From positions 849 to 64,848 of the forward strand of contig DASVKO010000026.1 of the NCBI GenBank assembly GCA_036385355.1: a DNA stretch of 64,000 bases. Direction: 5' to 3'. Shown here in pieces: positions 18,019-27,795 of this stretch. The notes below the pieces were generated by a model, which was not told where the DNA came from, did not search any database, and saw only the letters and a list, made by a program, of their open reading frames with translations. The position numbers and the translations under genes are program-made. Source of the stretch: Dermatophilaceae bacterium (GTDB lineage Bacteria > Actinomycetota > Actinomycetes > Actinomycetales > Dermatophilaceae). The stretch's first letter is position 1. Each line of letters begins with the position of its first letter.

Positions 18019-19419
18019 TCAGGGCGCGGCGCCGAGAATGCCCAGCGTCTCGGTCTCCGCTGCAGGTGGGGTCACAGCCGGGACGGTTCGCAGGAAAAGG
18101 GACAGCGCGAGCGTGCCCACGGTGAGAGTGCCGCACAAGGCGGTCACCAGCGGCCAGCCGCCGGTCGACCACGCGGTTCCGGCCAGACCGCCGAACAGCG
18201 ACGCCCCGAGGTAGTACGACACCAGGTAGAGCGATGCGGCCTGACCGATGCCACCGGAGGCCAGGTCAGCCCTGGCCGCGACCCACCCGCTGCTGACGCC
18301 GTGGACCGCGAAGAACCCGCCGGTCACGACCGCGAGCCCGAGCACGACCACGGGCAGGGGACGGGCCATGGTCAGCAGGAAGCCGGCCAGGGTGACCAAT
18401 GCTCCCCCCGGAACCACCACCCGGCGGCCCACCCGACCGGCCAGGCGCCCGGCCAGGGGCGACGCGAGGACACCGACGAGGTAGACCAGGAACACGAACC
18501 CGCTGACCGACAGCGGGAGATGGTACGGCGCATCGGTGAGCCGGAACCCGATGGCGTTGAAGGCCGCGGTGAAGCTGCCCATCGCCACGGCTGCGATGCC
18601 GTACAGGGCCAGCTGGACGGGGTCGCGCAGCAGCCGGACGGACGTCCGGGCCAGCGATCGGGGCGACGACGGCGCCGGGGTGAACCGTCGCGAGGCCGGC
18701 AGGAGGAGGATGGCTGCCACAGCGCTGAGCAGACCCAGCAGCGCCACCCCGCCGGCGGCCACCCGCCACCCTCCCAGGTCGGCGAGCACTCCCCCGAGCA
18801 GCCGGCCGAGCAGGCCGCCGATCGCCGTCCCGCCAACGTAGAGACCGGCCGCCCGTGCGTGGCTGTCGTGGTGGATCTCCTCGCGAAGGTAGGCGATCGC
18901 CACCCCCGGCAGACCTCCCAGCGCGAGCCCCTCCATGAAGCGCAGGACCAGCAACATGGTCCAGCCGGGGGCGAGGGCGCAGGCCATTCCCACCAGGGCG
19001 GACATGACGAGGGACCAGCGCATGAGCGGGGTCCGGCCCACCACTTCGGACCATGGCCCGGCCACCAGAAGCGCGATGGCCAGGCCGAGGGTCGCCACCG
19101 AGACACTCAGGGCGCTCTGGCCCTGGCTGACCGAGAAGTCGCGCGCCAGGTCAGGCAACAGCGGCTGGGTCGTGTACAGCAGGGAGAAGGTGCCCAGTCC
19201 GACGAAGAAGAGACCAGCCATGACCCGCCGGTATGCCGGCTGGCCGGCTCGGTAGCCGCGCCATGGCCCCCGATCCGCGCCCGCACTGCTGGCTGGCCGT
19301 GCCCGACCGTCTGCAGGAGCAGGCGGCCGGCCGGGTGGTGAGGTGACGGGGGTCAGGCTCGAGGTCATGCCACCACCGTCCTTGTTCGCGCGACATATCG
19401 GGAACCTGCGCCGCGCCAA
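18019..19419 (-). CDS. MFS transporter (YnfM/Bcr-like)
   Basis: 466-aa polytopic ORF: LGTFSLLYTTQPLLPDLARDF. The true start is probably internal (for example MTSSLTP at 19368). Confidence 0.8.
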   Translation of the reverse strand: MARRRFPICRANKDGGGMTSSLTPVTSPPGRPPAPADGRARPASSAGADRGPWRGYRAGQPAYRRVMAGLFFVGLGTFSLLYTTQPLLPDLARDFSVSQGQSALSVSVATLGLAIALLVAGPWSEVVGRTPLMRWSLVMSALVGMACALAPGWTMLLVLRFMEGLALGGLPGVAIAYLREEIHHDSHARAAGLYVGGTAIGGLLGRLLGGVLADLGGWRVAAGGVALLGLLSAVAAILLLPASRRFTPAPSSPRSLARTSVRLLRDPVQLALYGIAAVAMGSFTAAFNAIGFRLTDAPYHLPLSVSGFVFLVYLVGVLASPLAGRLAGRVGRRVVVPGGALVTLAGFLLTMARPLPVVVLGLAVVTGGFFAVHGVSSGWVAARADLASGGIGQAASLYLVSYYLGASLFGGLAGTAWSTGGWPLVTALCGTLTVGTLALSLFLRTVPAVTPPAAETETLGILGAAP

Positions 19420-19448
19420 GCGGCACGGCCGCCTGCGTTCAGGTCAGG

Positions 19449-22400
19449 TCAGGTCAGGCAGGCTGGCCCCAGGAGAGCCTTCAGGTCACCGAACAGCGCC
19501 GGGGACGCGGTGACCCGCAGCGAGTCGTCCAGCCGCATGAGCACGGAACGCCCGGGCTGGGTGAGCTTCAGATGGACCTCGGTGACACCGGGGTGCTCAC
19601 CCAGCACCCTCTTGATCCGCTCCGCGACGCCGTTGGTGGCTCTGGCCAGAGGCAGGGTCACCACCACCGGCCCTCGCGGCCCGTCCTTGATGTCGGGCAG
19701 GGTGAGCTCCTGGGCGAAGATCGTCGGCGTCTCGTCCCGGCGGTTCAGGCGCCCGCGCACCACGCACACGACGTCATGACCCAGCATGGTCGAGACGGTC
19801 ATGTAGGCCGAGGGGAAGAAGAGGCACTCGATGGCACCGTCGAGGTCCTCCACCGTGGCGATCGCCCAGAGGTCGCCCTTCTTGGTGCGCTTGATCTGCA
19901 GTCCGGTGATCAGCCCGGCGATGGTGACATTGGCCCCGTCGGGCTTGCTGTCGTCACCGGTCAGGGACGCGATCGACGTATCGGCGTGCTGGGCCAGGAC
20001 GTGCTCGATACCGAACAACGGGTGGTCGGAGACGTAGAGGCCCAGCATCTCTCGCTCGAAGGCCAGCAGGGTCGCCTTGTCCCACTCGATCGTCGGGATC
20101 GGGGGCATGGCCAGCAGCGACGTCGGCTGACCAGCGCTCCCGCCCTCACCATCGGAGCCGCTGTCACCGAAGCTGAAGCCGCCGAAGAGCGAGTCCTGAC
20201 CGATGGCCTCCTGCTTCTTCTCGTCGACCAGGGCGTCGATGTACGCCTCGTGCACCCGCACCAGACCCTGGCGGGTGTGTTGCAGGGAGTCGAAGGAGCC
20301 GCCCTTGATCAGCGACTCGATGGTGCGCTTGTTGCACACGACGGCCGGTGACTTGCGCACGAAGTCCTCGAACGAGACGAACCGGCCCTTGTCCTCACGC
20401 GCGGTCACGATCGCCTCGACCACGTTGTGGCCGACGTTGCGGATGGCGGCCAGCCCGAACCGGATGTCGGTGCCGACCGCGGTGAAGTTGGCCGAGCTCT
20501 CGTTGACGTCCGGCGGCAGGACCTTGATGCCCATTCGACGGCACTCGTTGAGGTAGAGCGCCGACTTGTCCTTGTCGTCGCGCACGCTGGTCAGCACGGC
20601 GGCCATGTACTCGGCCGGGTAGTTGGCCTTCAGGTAGGCGGTCCAGTAGGAGACCAGCCCGTAGGCCGCGCTGTGCGCCTTGTTGAACGCGTAGTCCGAG
20701 AAGGGGACCAGGACGTCCCACAGTGCCTTGATCGCGGCAGGGCTGAAGCCGTTGGCCACCATGCCGGCCTCGAAGCCGAGGTACTCGGCGTCCAGCACCG
20801 AGCGCTTCTTCTTGCCCATGGCGCGGCGCAGCAGGTCGGCCTTGCCCAGGGTGTAGCCGGCCAGCTTCTGGGCGATCTCCATGACCTGTTCCTGATAGAC
20901 GATCAGGCCGTAGGTCGTGCCCAGCAGCGGCTCCAGCGCCTCGGCAAGGTCCTGGTGCGGATAGGAGATCTCCTGCTGGTGGTTCTTGCGCAGCGCGTAG
21001 TTGGTGTGCGAGTTGGCGCCCATCGGGCCGGGACGGTAGAGCGCGCCGACCGCCGAGATGTCCTCGAAGTTGTCGGGCTTCATCAGCCGCAGCAAGGCAC
21101 GCATCGGACCGCCGTCGAACTGGAATACGCCCAGGGTGTCCCCCCGTCCGAGCAGCTCGTAGGTGACGGGGTCGTCCAGGGTCTTGCTCAGCGCGTCGAG
21201 GTCGATCTCCTCGCCACGGTTGCTCCGCACGTTGATCAGCGCATCGTCCAGGATGGTCAGGTTGCGCAGGCCGAGGAAGTCCATCTTGACCAGGCCGAGC
21301 GCCTCGCAGCTCGGGTAGTCGAACTGCGTGATGATCTGGCCGTCCTGCTCGCGGCGCATGATCGGGATCAGGTCGAGGAGCGGCTCGCTGGACATGATGA
21401 CGCCCGCCGCGTGAACCCCCCACTGGCGCTTCAGGCCCTCGAGGCCCAGCGCCGTCTTGACGACCTCCTGTGCCTGCGGGTCCTCGTCGTGGACCTGCCG
21501 GAAGCTGGCCGCCTCGGTATAGCGCTTGTGGCTGGGGTCGAAGATCCCCGACAGCGGCACGTCCTTGCCCATGATCGCCGGCGGCATCGCCTTGGTGAGC
21601 TTCTCGCCCATCGAGAAGGGGAAGCCCATCACCCGCGAGGCGTCCTTGACCGCCTGCTTGGCCTTGATGGTGCCATAGGTGACGATCTGGGCGACCCGCT
21701 CCTCGCCGTACTTCTTGGTGACGTAGTGGATCACCTCGCCGCGACGACGCTCGTCGAAGTCGATGTCGAAGTCGGGCAGCGAGGCGCGCTCGGGGTTGAG
21801 GAAACGCTCGAAGATCAGGCCGTGCTTCAGCGGGTCGAGGTCGGTGATCTCCATGACATAGGCGCACATCGAGCCCGCTCCCGACCCACGCCCCGGGCCG
21901 ACCCTGATGCCGTTCCTCTTGGACCAGCCGATGAAGTCGGCGACCACCAGGAAGTACCCCGGATAGCCTTTGGAGACGATGACCTCGGTCTCGTACTCCG
22001 CCTGCTTCCGGACCGCGTCCGGGACCCCGGCCGGGTAGCGCACGTGAAGGCCGCGCTCCACCTCCTTGATGAACCAGGAGGTCTCGTTCTCGCCCTCGGG
22101 GCACGGGAAGCGAGGCATATAGGCGCCCTCGTTCTCGGTGAAGCTCACGTCGCACCGCTCCGCGATCAGCAGCGTGTTGTCACAGGCCTCGGGCAGCTCA
22201 CGCCACAGGTGGCGCATCTGCTCCGGGCTCTTGAGGTAGAACTCGTCGGCATCGAACTTGAACCGGTTCGGATCCATCAGGGTCGAACCGGACTGCACGC
22301 AGAGCAGCGCGGCGTGGGCCTTGGCGTCCTCGGCCTTGGTGTAGTGCAGGTCGTTGGTGGCGAGCAGGGGCAGGCCGAGCTCCTTGGACAGGCGCAGCAG

Positions 22401-23024
22401 GTCCTTCATGGTCCGGCGCTCGACATCGATGCCGTGGTCCATGACCTCGCAGTAGAAGTTCTCCGCTCCGAGGATGTCGCGGAACTCGGCAGCTGCCGCA
22501 ACCGCCTCGCGGTACTGGCCCTGCCGGAGCCGGGTCTGGATCTCGCCGCCGGCGCAACCCGTCGTGCCGATGAGACCCTCACCGTAGGTCGCCAGCAGCT
22601 CACGGTCGATCCGGGGCTTGAAGTAGTAGCCCTCCATAGAGGCGAGCGAGCTCATCCGGAAGAGGTTGTGCATCCCGCCGGTGTTGCGCGCCAGCAACGT
22701 CATGTGGGTGTACGCACCCGAGCCGGAGACGTCATCACGACCGCCATCACCGAACTTCACCCGGGTCTTGTCCGTGCGGTGGGTGCCCGGGGTGAGGTAC
22801 GCCTCAAGGCCGATGATCGGCTTGATGCCGTGCTTCCTGGCCTTGGACCAGAACTCATAGGCCCCGAAGATGTAGCCGTGGTCGGTCGTGGCCAGAGCCG
22901 GCATACCCATCTTCACCGCGGTCTCGAACAGCTCGTCGATGCGGGCGGCACCATCGAGCATGGAGTACTCGGTGTGGACGTGCAGGTGGACGAAGCTCGG
23001 GTCGGAGGCTGGCTGTGATGACAT
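19449..23024 (-). CDS. dnaE: DNA polymerase III alpha subunit
   Basis: 1191 aa. PHP domain FVHLHVHTEYSMLDGA, polymerase core GLVKMDFLGLRNLT, OB-fold C-terminus. Confidence 0.97.
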   Translation of the reverse strand: MSSQPASDPSFVHLHVHTEYSMLDGAARIDELFETAVKMGMPALATTDHGYIFGAYEFWSKARKHGIKPIIGLEAYLTPGTHRTDKTRVKFGDGGRDDVSGSGAYTHMTLLARNTGGMHNLFRMSSLASMEGYYFKPRIDRELLATYGEGLIGTTGCAGGEIQTRLRQGQYREAVAAAAEFRDILGAENFYCEVMDHGIDVERRTMKDLLRLSKELGLPLLATNDLHYTKAEDAKAHAALLCVQSGSTLMDPNRFKFDADEFYLKSPEQMRHLWRELPEACDNTLLIAERCDVSFTENEGAYMPRFPCPEGENETSWFIKEVERGLHVRYPAGVPDAVRKQAEYETEVIVSKGYPGYFLVVADFIGWSKRNGIRVGPGRGSGAGSMCAYVMEITDLDPLKHGLIFERFLNPERASLPDFDIDFDERRRGEVIHYVTKKYGEERVAQIVTYGTIKAKQAVKDASRVMGFPFSMGEKLTKAMPPAIMGKDVPLSGIFDPSHKRYTEAASFRQVHDEDPQAQEVVKTALGLEGLKRQWGVHAAGVIMSSEPLLDLIPIMRREQDGQIITQFDYPSCEALGLVKMDFLGLRNLTILDDALINVRSNRGEEIDLDALSKTLDDPVTYELLGRGDTLGVFQFDGGPMRALLRLMKPDNFEDISAVGALYRPGPMGANSHTNYALRKNHQQEISYPHQDLAEALEPLLGTTYGLIVYQEQVMEIAQKLAGYTLGKADLLRRAMGKKKRSVLDAEYLGFEAGMVANGFSPAAIKALWDVLVPFSDYAFNKAHSAAYGLVSYWTAYLKANYPAEYMAAVLTSVRDDKDKSALYLNECRRMGIKVLPPDVNESSANFTAVGTDIRFGLAAIRNVGHNVVEAIVTAREDKGRFVSFEDFVRKSPAVVCNKRTIESLIKGGSFDSLQHTRQGLVRVHEAYIDALVDEKKQEAIGQDSLFGGFSFGDSGSDGEGGSAGQPTSLLAMPPIPTIEWDKATLLAFEREMLGLYVSDHPLFGIEHVLAQHADTSIASLTGDDSKPDGANVTIAGLITGLQIKRTKKGDLWAIATVEDLDGAIECLFFPSAYMTVSTMLGHDVVCVVRGRLNRRDETPTIFAQELTLPDIKDGPRGPVVVTLPLARATNGVAERIKRVLGEHPGVTEVHLKLTQPGRSVLMRLDDSLRVTASPALFGDLKALLGPACLT

Positions 23025-23186
23025 CGGAAGAGAGTCTATGCCGCCAAAACGATAGGGCCGGTATGCCGTGCCGCAGGGACAGGCGCAACCAGGCCCTGCT
23101 CACTTCAGGCAGGTTGCGCGGGCGACAACCGGCCTGAGGGAACGGCCTGAAGCGGGCAGATCGGCCTGAGCTGAGCAGGCGCTCAC

Positions 23187-24116
23187 CTAGCTGCTGATGC
23201 GGTCCAGCGCTTTCTGCAGATCCTCGGGGTAGGGGCTGGCGAAGTCCACCCGCTCGCCGGTGCTGGGGTGCTGGAACCCGAGCCCGACCGCGTGCAGCCA
23301 CTGGCGCTCCAGACCCAGCCTCTTGGCCAGCACCGGGTCCGCGCCGTAGGTCAGGTCGCCGACGCAGGGGTGGCGAAGCGCTGAGAAATGAACCCGGATC
23401 TGGTGGGTACGGCCGGTCTCGAGATGGACCTCCACCAGCGATGCCGAACGGAACGCCTCAAGGACCTCGTAGTGGGTGATGCTCGCCTTGCCGCTGGCCG
23501 TCACCGCGAACTTGTAGTCGTGGCTGGGATGACGGCCGATCGGCGCGTCGATGGTGCCGTTCAGCGGGTCTGGAAGACCCTGGATGAGGGCATGGTAGGT
23601 CTTGTCGACCGTCCGCTCCTTGAAGGCTCGTTTGAGCACCGTGTACGCGTGCTCGCTCTTGGCGACCACCATCAGCCCGCTGGTCCCCACATCGAGGCGG
23701 TGGACGACGCCACGGCGCTCGTCCGCCCCTGAGGTCGAGATGCGATAGCCGGCTGCGGCCAGACCGCCGATCACCGTGGGACCGGTCCAGCCGACGCTGG
23801 GATGGGCAGCCACGCCGACCGGCTTGTCGACGACCACCAGATCGTCGTCGTCATAGATGACAGCCATCCCGGGCACGGGGTGCGCGACCACGGCGAGCCC
23901 GCTGGCCGAGGGCGGATCAGGCAGCGACACCTCGAGCCAGGCGCCCGCGGTCAACCGGTCTGACTTGCCCACGGTGCGCTGGTCGACGGTCACCCCGCCT
24001 GTTGCGGCCAGCTCGGCGGCTTTGGTTCGGGACAGGCCGAAGAGGCGCGCGAGAGCTGAGTCGACGCGTTCTCCCTCCAGCCCGTCCGGCACGGACAGCG
24101 AACGAACATCAGGCAT
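23187..24116 (-). CDS. rluD: RluA-family 23S rRNA pseudouridine synthase
   Basis: 309 aa. S4-like N-terminus, catalytic [15 protein letters not shown]. Its start overlaps the lspA stop by 8 nt. Confidence 0.92.
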   Translation of the reverse strand: MPDVRSLSVPDGLEGERVDSALARLFGLSRTKAAELAATGGVTVDQRTVGKSDRLTAGAWLEVSLPDPPSASGLAVVAHPVPGMAVIYDDDDLVVVDKPVGVAAHPSVGWTGPTVIGGLAAAGYRISTSGADERRGVVHRLDVGTSGLMVVAKSEHAYTVLKRAFKERTVDKTYHALIQGLPDPLNGTIDAPIGRHPSHDYKFAVTASGKASITHYEVLEAFRSASLVEVHLETGRTHQIRVHFSALRHPCVGDLTYGADPVLAKRLGLERQWLHAVGLGFQHPSTGERVDFASPYPEDLQKALDRISS

Positions 24117-24858
24117 CGTGATCTGGTCCTGCCGGGTTCTGGGGGGGCTGCTGCTGCTCGGCAGGCTGGGCGGTCGCGCTCCGGGGCTTCCCGGGCAACT
24201 CGTGCTCGTCGGGCTTGTCGTGCTCGTCGTGCTCGTCGTGCTCGTCGTGCTCGACGTTCTTGTGGTGCTTCTCGTGCTTGCCTGTCCGGTCGCCGGACGC
24301 GCGGGTTCCGTCGATGTTGATGCCGCGGAAGGCCAGCACGGCGATCAGGATCGCCGCACTGACGATGGCCGAGTCGGCGATGTTGAAGATCGGGTAGTGC
24401 GGCAGCTGCAGGAAGTCCACCACGTGTCCCCGACCGGGTCCGGGAGCCCGGAACATCCTGTCCGTGAGGTTGCCCAGGGAACCGGCGAGCAGCAGCCCGA
24501 GCGCAAGCGCCCAGCCGCGACTGCCCAGGCGTCGGGCGCTGACCAGGATGAAGACCACGACGGAGCAGGCGATCAGCGTGAGGATCCAGGTCGCCCCGGT
24601 GCCGATCGAGAAGGCAGCACCGGAGTTGCGGATCAGGTTGAGCTGCAGCACCGACCCGATCAGCTCACGTGGCTGTTCGGGCCGGAGGTTGGCGGTGGCC
24701 CACGCCTTGGTCAGCTGGTCGGCTGCATAGAGCGGTACGGCCACGACGACCAGCGCAAGATACAACAGCCGTCGTGGGGCCGGACGGCCAGTCGTGACCT
24801 TGTTTGTGTCCGGTGAGGTGATTAGCGGCGCTCCTGCTTTGATTTGCATGTCAGGCAT
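24109..24858 (-). CDS. lspA: lipoprotein signal peptidase II with His/Asp/Glu-rich C-terminal extension
   Basis: 249 aa: [28 protein letters not shown], then the tail [32 protein letters not shown]...[15 protein letters not shown]. The exact start is uncertain (24858 or 24849). Confidence 0.9.
   Translation of the reverse strand: MPDMQIKAGAPLITSPDTNKVTTGRPAPRRLLYLALVVVAVPLYAADQLTKAWATANLRPEQPRELIGSVLQLNLIRNSGAAFSIGTGATWILTLIACSVVVFILVSARRLGSRGWALALGLLLAGSLGNLTDRMFRAPGPGRGHVVDFLQLPHYPIFNIADSAIVSAAILIAVLAFRGINIDGTRASGDRTGKHEKHHKNVEHDEHDEHDEHDKPDEHELPGKPRSATAQPAEQQQPPQNPAGPDHDA
24217..24252. repeat. 9-nt in-frame tandem repeat (gtcgtgctc x4) encoding (EHD)n in the lspA tail
   Basis: Four perfect consecutive copies read directly from the sequence. 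Confidence 0.9.
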
Positions 24859-25526
24859 AGCGTCGCACGGGGGAAGGCCAGCAGACGATTCTTGCCGATC
24901 GGGCTGCCACAGGACTCGCAGATGCCATAGGTGCCGGCAACAAGCCGCGCGAGCGCCCGGGCGCTCTGTTCGAACACCTCACGGGCGTTGTTGGCCAACG
25001 AGATCTCCTGCTCGCGCTCGAACGTCGCGGTGCCCGCGTCGGCCGGGTCGTCGCCAGCCCCGTCACCGACGTCTCGCATGAGGCCCGCGAGGTCGTACTC
25101 GGCCGCCGAGATCTCCTTCTGCAGGCGGACCACGTCGGCTTCGAGCTCGGCCCGGACCTCCCCGAGCTCCTTGGCCGTCCAGGGCTTCTCGTTCTCGCGG
25201 ACCTGCAGGCGTTGCGGCCGGGCACCTGCCTTGGTCGCACCTGCTTTTGGCGCAGCCACCCCGGGCGGCGTCCTGGTCGCGGTCTTCGTCACCACGGACT
25301 TCGTCGCACCCACCTTGGTCGCACCCGCCTTCGTCACCACGGACTTCGTCACCACGGACTTGGTCGCACCCGCCCTGGTCGCGGTCTTCGTCACAGCGGA
25401 CTTGGTCGCGGCCACCTTGGTCGCACCTGCCTTCGTCGTGTTCTTCGTCACAACGGACTTGGCCGGCGCAGCCTTCTTCGCCTGCGCACCCCTCTTGGTG
25501 GCTGAGGTCGCCTTCTTCACAGCCAT
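24822..25526 (-). CDS. TraR/DksA-family C4 zinc-finger protein with Lys/Ala/Thr-rich repetitive N-terminal domain
   Basis: 234 aa. C-terminus [26 protein letters not shown] plus a coiled-coil LEADVVRLQKEISAAEYDL. N-terminus has reiterated KSVVTK/TATRAGATK units. Position is between divIVA and lspA, as in Streptomyces (synteny from memory). Confidence 0.82.
   Translation of the reverse strand: MAVKKATSATKRGAQAKKAAPAKSVVTKNTTKAGATKVAATKSAVTKTATRAGATKSVVTKSVVTKAGATKVGATKSVVTKTATRTPPGVAAPKAGATKAGARPQRLQVRENEKPWTAKELGEVRAELEADVVRLQKEISAAEYDLAGLMRDVGDGAGDDPADAGTATFEREQEISLANNAREVFEQSARALARLVAGTYGICESCGSPIGKNRLLAFPRATLCLTCKSKQERR
25225..25470. repeat. degenerate tandem DNA repeats encoding the basic N-terminal repeats of the DksA-like protein
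   Basis: Reiterated ggtcgcacc(c/t)gcc, ttcgtcaccacggact and t(t/c)ggtcgc units are visible across 25225-25470. Confidence 0.75.
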
Positions 25527-25759
25527 GATCTGCCCCTCACGATGGCATTCGTCGTCCCGAAAGAACGCGAACGTGTGGCGTGAGGATATGACCTTCCGGC
25601 GCAGTACTCAATGGAGAAACGCCGCTCCGGGATCGGTTGGTCAGCGTTCAGGCCCCGGAAGTGGGTCGCCAGCCACGACAGATGACGAGAGCGGGGCGCC
25701 AACCGTATGGTCAGGCCCCGCATCGTCCGCTCACCGGCCGGAACCGGGGAGCCGTCGTA

Positions 25760-26743
25760 CTACTGGCCACCCTGCTGCTTGCCGTCGCTGACTTTGCCTG
25801 GCTCGCTCTCGCCGATCTGCGCCAGCTCGTGAAGCTGATTCTCGAGGTGGGACTTCAAACGGGCACGGTAGTCACGCTCGAATATCCTCAGCTCGTCGAT
25901 CTTCTTCTGCAGCAGGCTGCGCTCGTGACCAAGCGTCTGAAGCACCTCGGCCCTCTTCTGCTGCGCCTCGGCGACCATTCCGGTGGCACGCTCGCGCGCC
26001 TCGGTGATCATCTGCTCGTGCCGTGTCGTGGCCTCGGCGATGAGTGAATCGTGCTTGGCCTGAGCGCTGTACCGAAGCTCTTCCTGCTTCGCAGTTGCCT
26101 CGCCAATGACCTGGTCATGGCGTAGCTGGCCCTCGCCGATGAGGCGTTCACGGGTCTTCTGGCCCTCGGATACGTACTCTTCGTGCAGCTTCTCAGCAAG
26201 GGCAAGGACACCGGCCGCTGAGCCCAGGCCGGCCACCCCCGGACCGGAGACCTCGCTGGACGTCTTGGACGCCTCCTTGGTTGCCGCAGGAACGGCAAAC
26301 GCGGACCGGGCGATCTCGTTCGCGGATTCCTCGGCTGCCTTGGTGCGCTGAGCCGCGAGAGCCTCGGCACGATCAGCGTCGGCATTTGCCTTGGCGATAC
26401 GGACGCCGGAGTCCCGCTCGGCTCTCGCCCGCTCGGCCGCCAGCGTCTCAGCACGATCAGCGTCGGCACTTGCCTTGGCGATACGAGCGGCGGCGTCCTT
26501 CTCTGCCTGCTCAGCGGACATTCTGGCGGCCGCGACCTTGCCCTTGGCATCAGGCGGGATGACTCCCTTGTCTTCCTGGCAGGCCTTGAGCTGTCTGCCG
26601 AGGTCTTCGTTCTCGCTCGTGAGACGGCGCAGCTCGACGACGATCTCGTCCAGGAAGTCGTCAACCTCATGCTCGTCGTAGCCACGACGGAACTGAGTGG
26701 CGGTGAAGTTCTTATTGAGAACATCCTCGGGCATGAACGCCAT
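25760..26743 (-). CDS. divIVA: DivIVA/Wag31 polar growth and division protein
   Basis: Start MAFMPEDVLNKNFTATQFRRGYDEHEVDDFLDEIV (ATG at 26743). Long coiled coil. The ORF-track start at 26794 is a 17-aa extension. Confidence 0.93.
   Translation of the reverse strand: MAFMPEDVLNKNFTATQFRRGYDEHEVDDFLDEIVVELRRLTSENEDLGRQLKACQEDKGVIPPDAKGKVAAARMSAEQAEKDAAARIAKASADADRAETLAAERARAERDSGVRIAKANADADRAEALAAQRTKAAEESANEIARSAFAVPAATKEASKTSSEVSGPGVAGLGSAAGVLALAEKLHEEYVSEGQKTRERLIGEGQLRHDQVIGEATAKQEELRYSAQAKHDSLIAEATTRHEQMITEARERATGMVAEAQQKRAEVLQTLGHERSLLQKKIDELRIFERDYRARLKSHLENQLHELAQIGESEPGKVSDGKQQGGQ
26364..26485. repeat. 84-bp-period internal duplication in divIVA
   Basis: tc(g/a)gcacgatcagcgtcggca(t/c)ttgccttggcgatacg at 26364-26401 and 26448-26485. 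It encodes RIAKA(N/S)ADADRAE(A/T)LAA twice. Confidence 0.85.
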
Positions 26744-26884
26744 GTAGTCACCTCGGTCGATTCGTTCGGGGGGCCGCACCACCTTATAGCGCATCCGGGG
26801 GATGTCCGAAATGCGCGCACACCTCCGAGACCAGTCACCCGTCGGTCAGCGGGGTCCTCAAGGAGGTGGCCGGTCAGCCAGGTG

Positions 26885-27172
26885 TCACAGACTCCCTAGG
26901 AAATTTGACGTGAAGGATACAGCCAGTATCAGCACCAGAAACGCCATGTCCAGACGGATCCCACCCAGGGAGAGCGGCGGGATCACCCGTCGCAGGAACT
27001 TCAGCGGCGGGTCGGTGACGGTGTAGATGGCTTCGGCAAAGAAGAGGACAGGGCCATGAGGTCGCCACTCCCTGGACAGCACCTGAATCCAGTCGAGGAC
27101 GAGCCGACAGATGAGGGCAGCAAAGAACAGGTTCAACACAAACACCAGTGCGGAGATCACAATACCCAGCAT
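26885..27172 (-). CDS. yggT: YggT family membrane protein
   Basis: 95 aa with two TM segments: ICRLVLDWIQVL...TDPPLKFLRRVIPPLSLGGIRLD. Confidence 0.9.
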   Translation of the reverse strand: MLGIVISALVFVLNLFFAALICRLVLDWIQVLSREWRPHGPVLFFAEAIYTVTDPPLKFLRRVIPPLSLGGIRLDMAFLVLILAVSFTSNFLGSL

Positions 27173-27220
27173 GCCTGTCTCTGTCGGGGATCGGGCAAGC
27201 GGGTGGGGATGGTGTCCCGA

Positions 27221-27709
27221 TCAGCTCTGGTTGAAGAAGCCGCGCGAGGCAGCCTTGGGCGGCGCGACCTCGTTGGCCGTCACCTCGACATGAGCGGGAG
27301 ACAGCAGGAACACCTTGCTGGTGACCCGCTCGATGGAGCCGTGCAGACCGAACACCAGGCCGGCGGCGAAGTCCACGAGGCGTTTGGCGTCTGCATCGTC
27401 CAGATCGGTGAGGTTCATGATCACCGGGGTGCCCTCGCGGAAGCTCTCACCGATGTTCTTCGCCTCGTTGTAGGTCCGTGGGTGGATCGTCGAGATGCGG
27501 TTGAGCGCGCCGACCTCGACGTCTCGGACCACCCGGGCCACCGGGGTCCGTGTCGGCAGCGGCGTCACCGCGGCTGAACGCTCGTGGCGATCAGGAGCAT
27601 CCTGGTGCACAGCGGCCTCGTCGTAGTCGTCATACGCCTCGTAGGCGTCGTCACGCGGGTCCTCCGCCAGCCCGAGGTACACCATCGTCTTGCGCAGTGC
27701 CCCAGCCAT
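27221..27709 (-). CDS. sepF: cell division protein SepF
   Basis: 162 aa: [17 protein letters not shown]...[44 protein letters not shown]. Confidence 0.95.
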   Translation of the reverse strand: MAGALRKTMVYLGLAEDPRDDAYEAYDDYDEAAVHQDAPDRHERSAAVTPLPTRTPVARVVRDVEVGALNRISTIHPRTYNEAKNIGESFREGTPVIMNLTDLDDADAKRLVDFAAGLVFGLHGSIERVTSKVFLLSPAHVEVTANEVAPPKAASRGFFNQS

Positions 27710-27795
27710 CGCGAGCTCCTAACTACGTTCTGCTGTCATCGGGTTCAGCATGTCATCGGTTTCTGCACGTCGGTCGACGAGTACTCATCTCAAAA

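Noticed and set aside
20427-23018. An 863-aa plus-strand ORF antisense to dnaE. Many similar long antisense or out-of-frame ORFs occur, for example 248-1060, 1092-2195, 11164-12375, 40825-42621, 44206-45408, 48143-49357 and 52014-53180.
   Set aside because: Their translations are Arg/Gly/Pro/Ala-rich low-information sequence with no motifs. They lie exactly opposite or out of frame to strongly supported conserved genes. Such open frames are expected in very GC-rich DNA because stop codons are rare.
23025-23186. Threefold ggcctga(g/a) reiteration upstream of dnaE.
   Set aside because: The motif is a short 7-mer with irregular spacing (20 and 19 nt) and no palindromic character. It is compatible with chance in GC-rich DNA.
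25527-25759. 233-nt spacer between divIVA and the DksA-like gene, considered as a T-box or other riboswitch, because Streptomyces has T-box-regulated ileS near here.
   Set aside because: There is no ileS here, and I could not recognise the T-box conserved 14-mer or specifier-loop features. Only a weak hairpin (25691-25721) without a U-tract is present.
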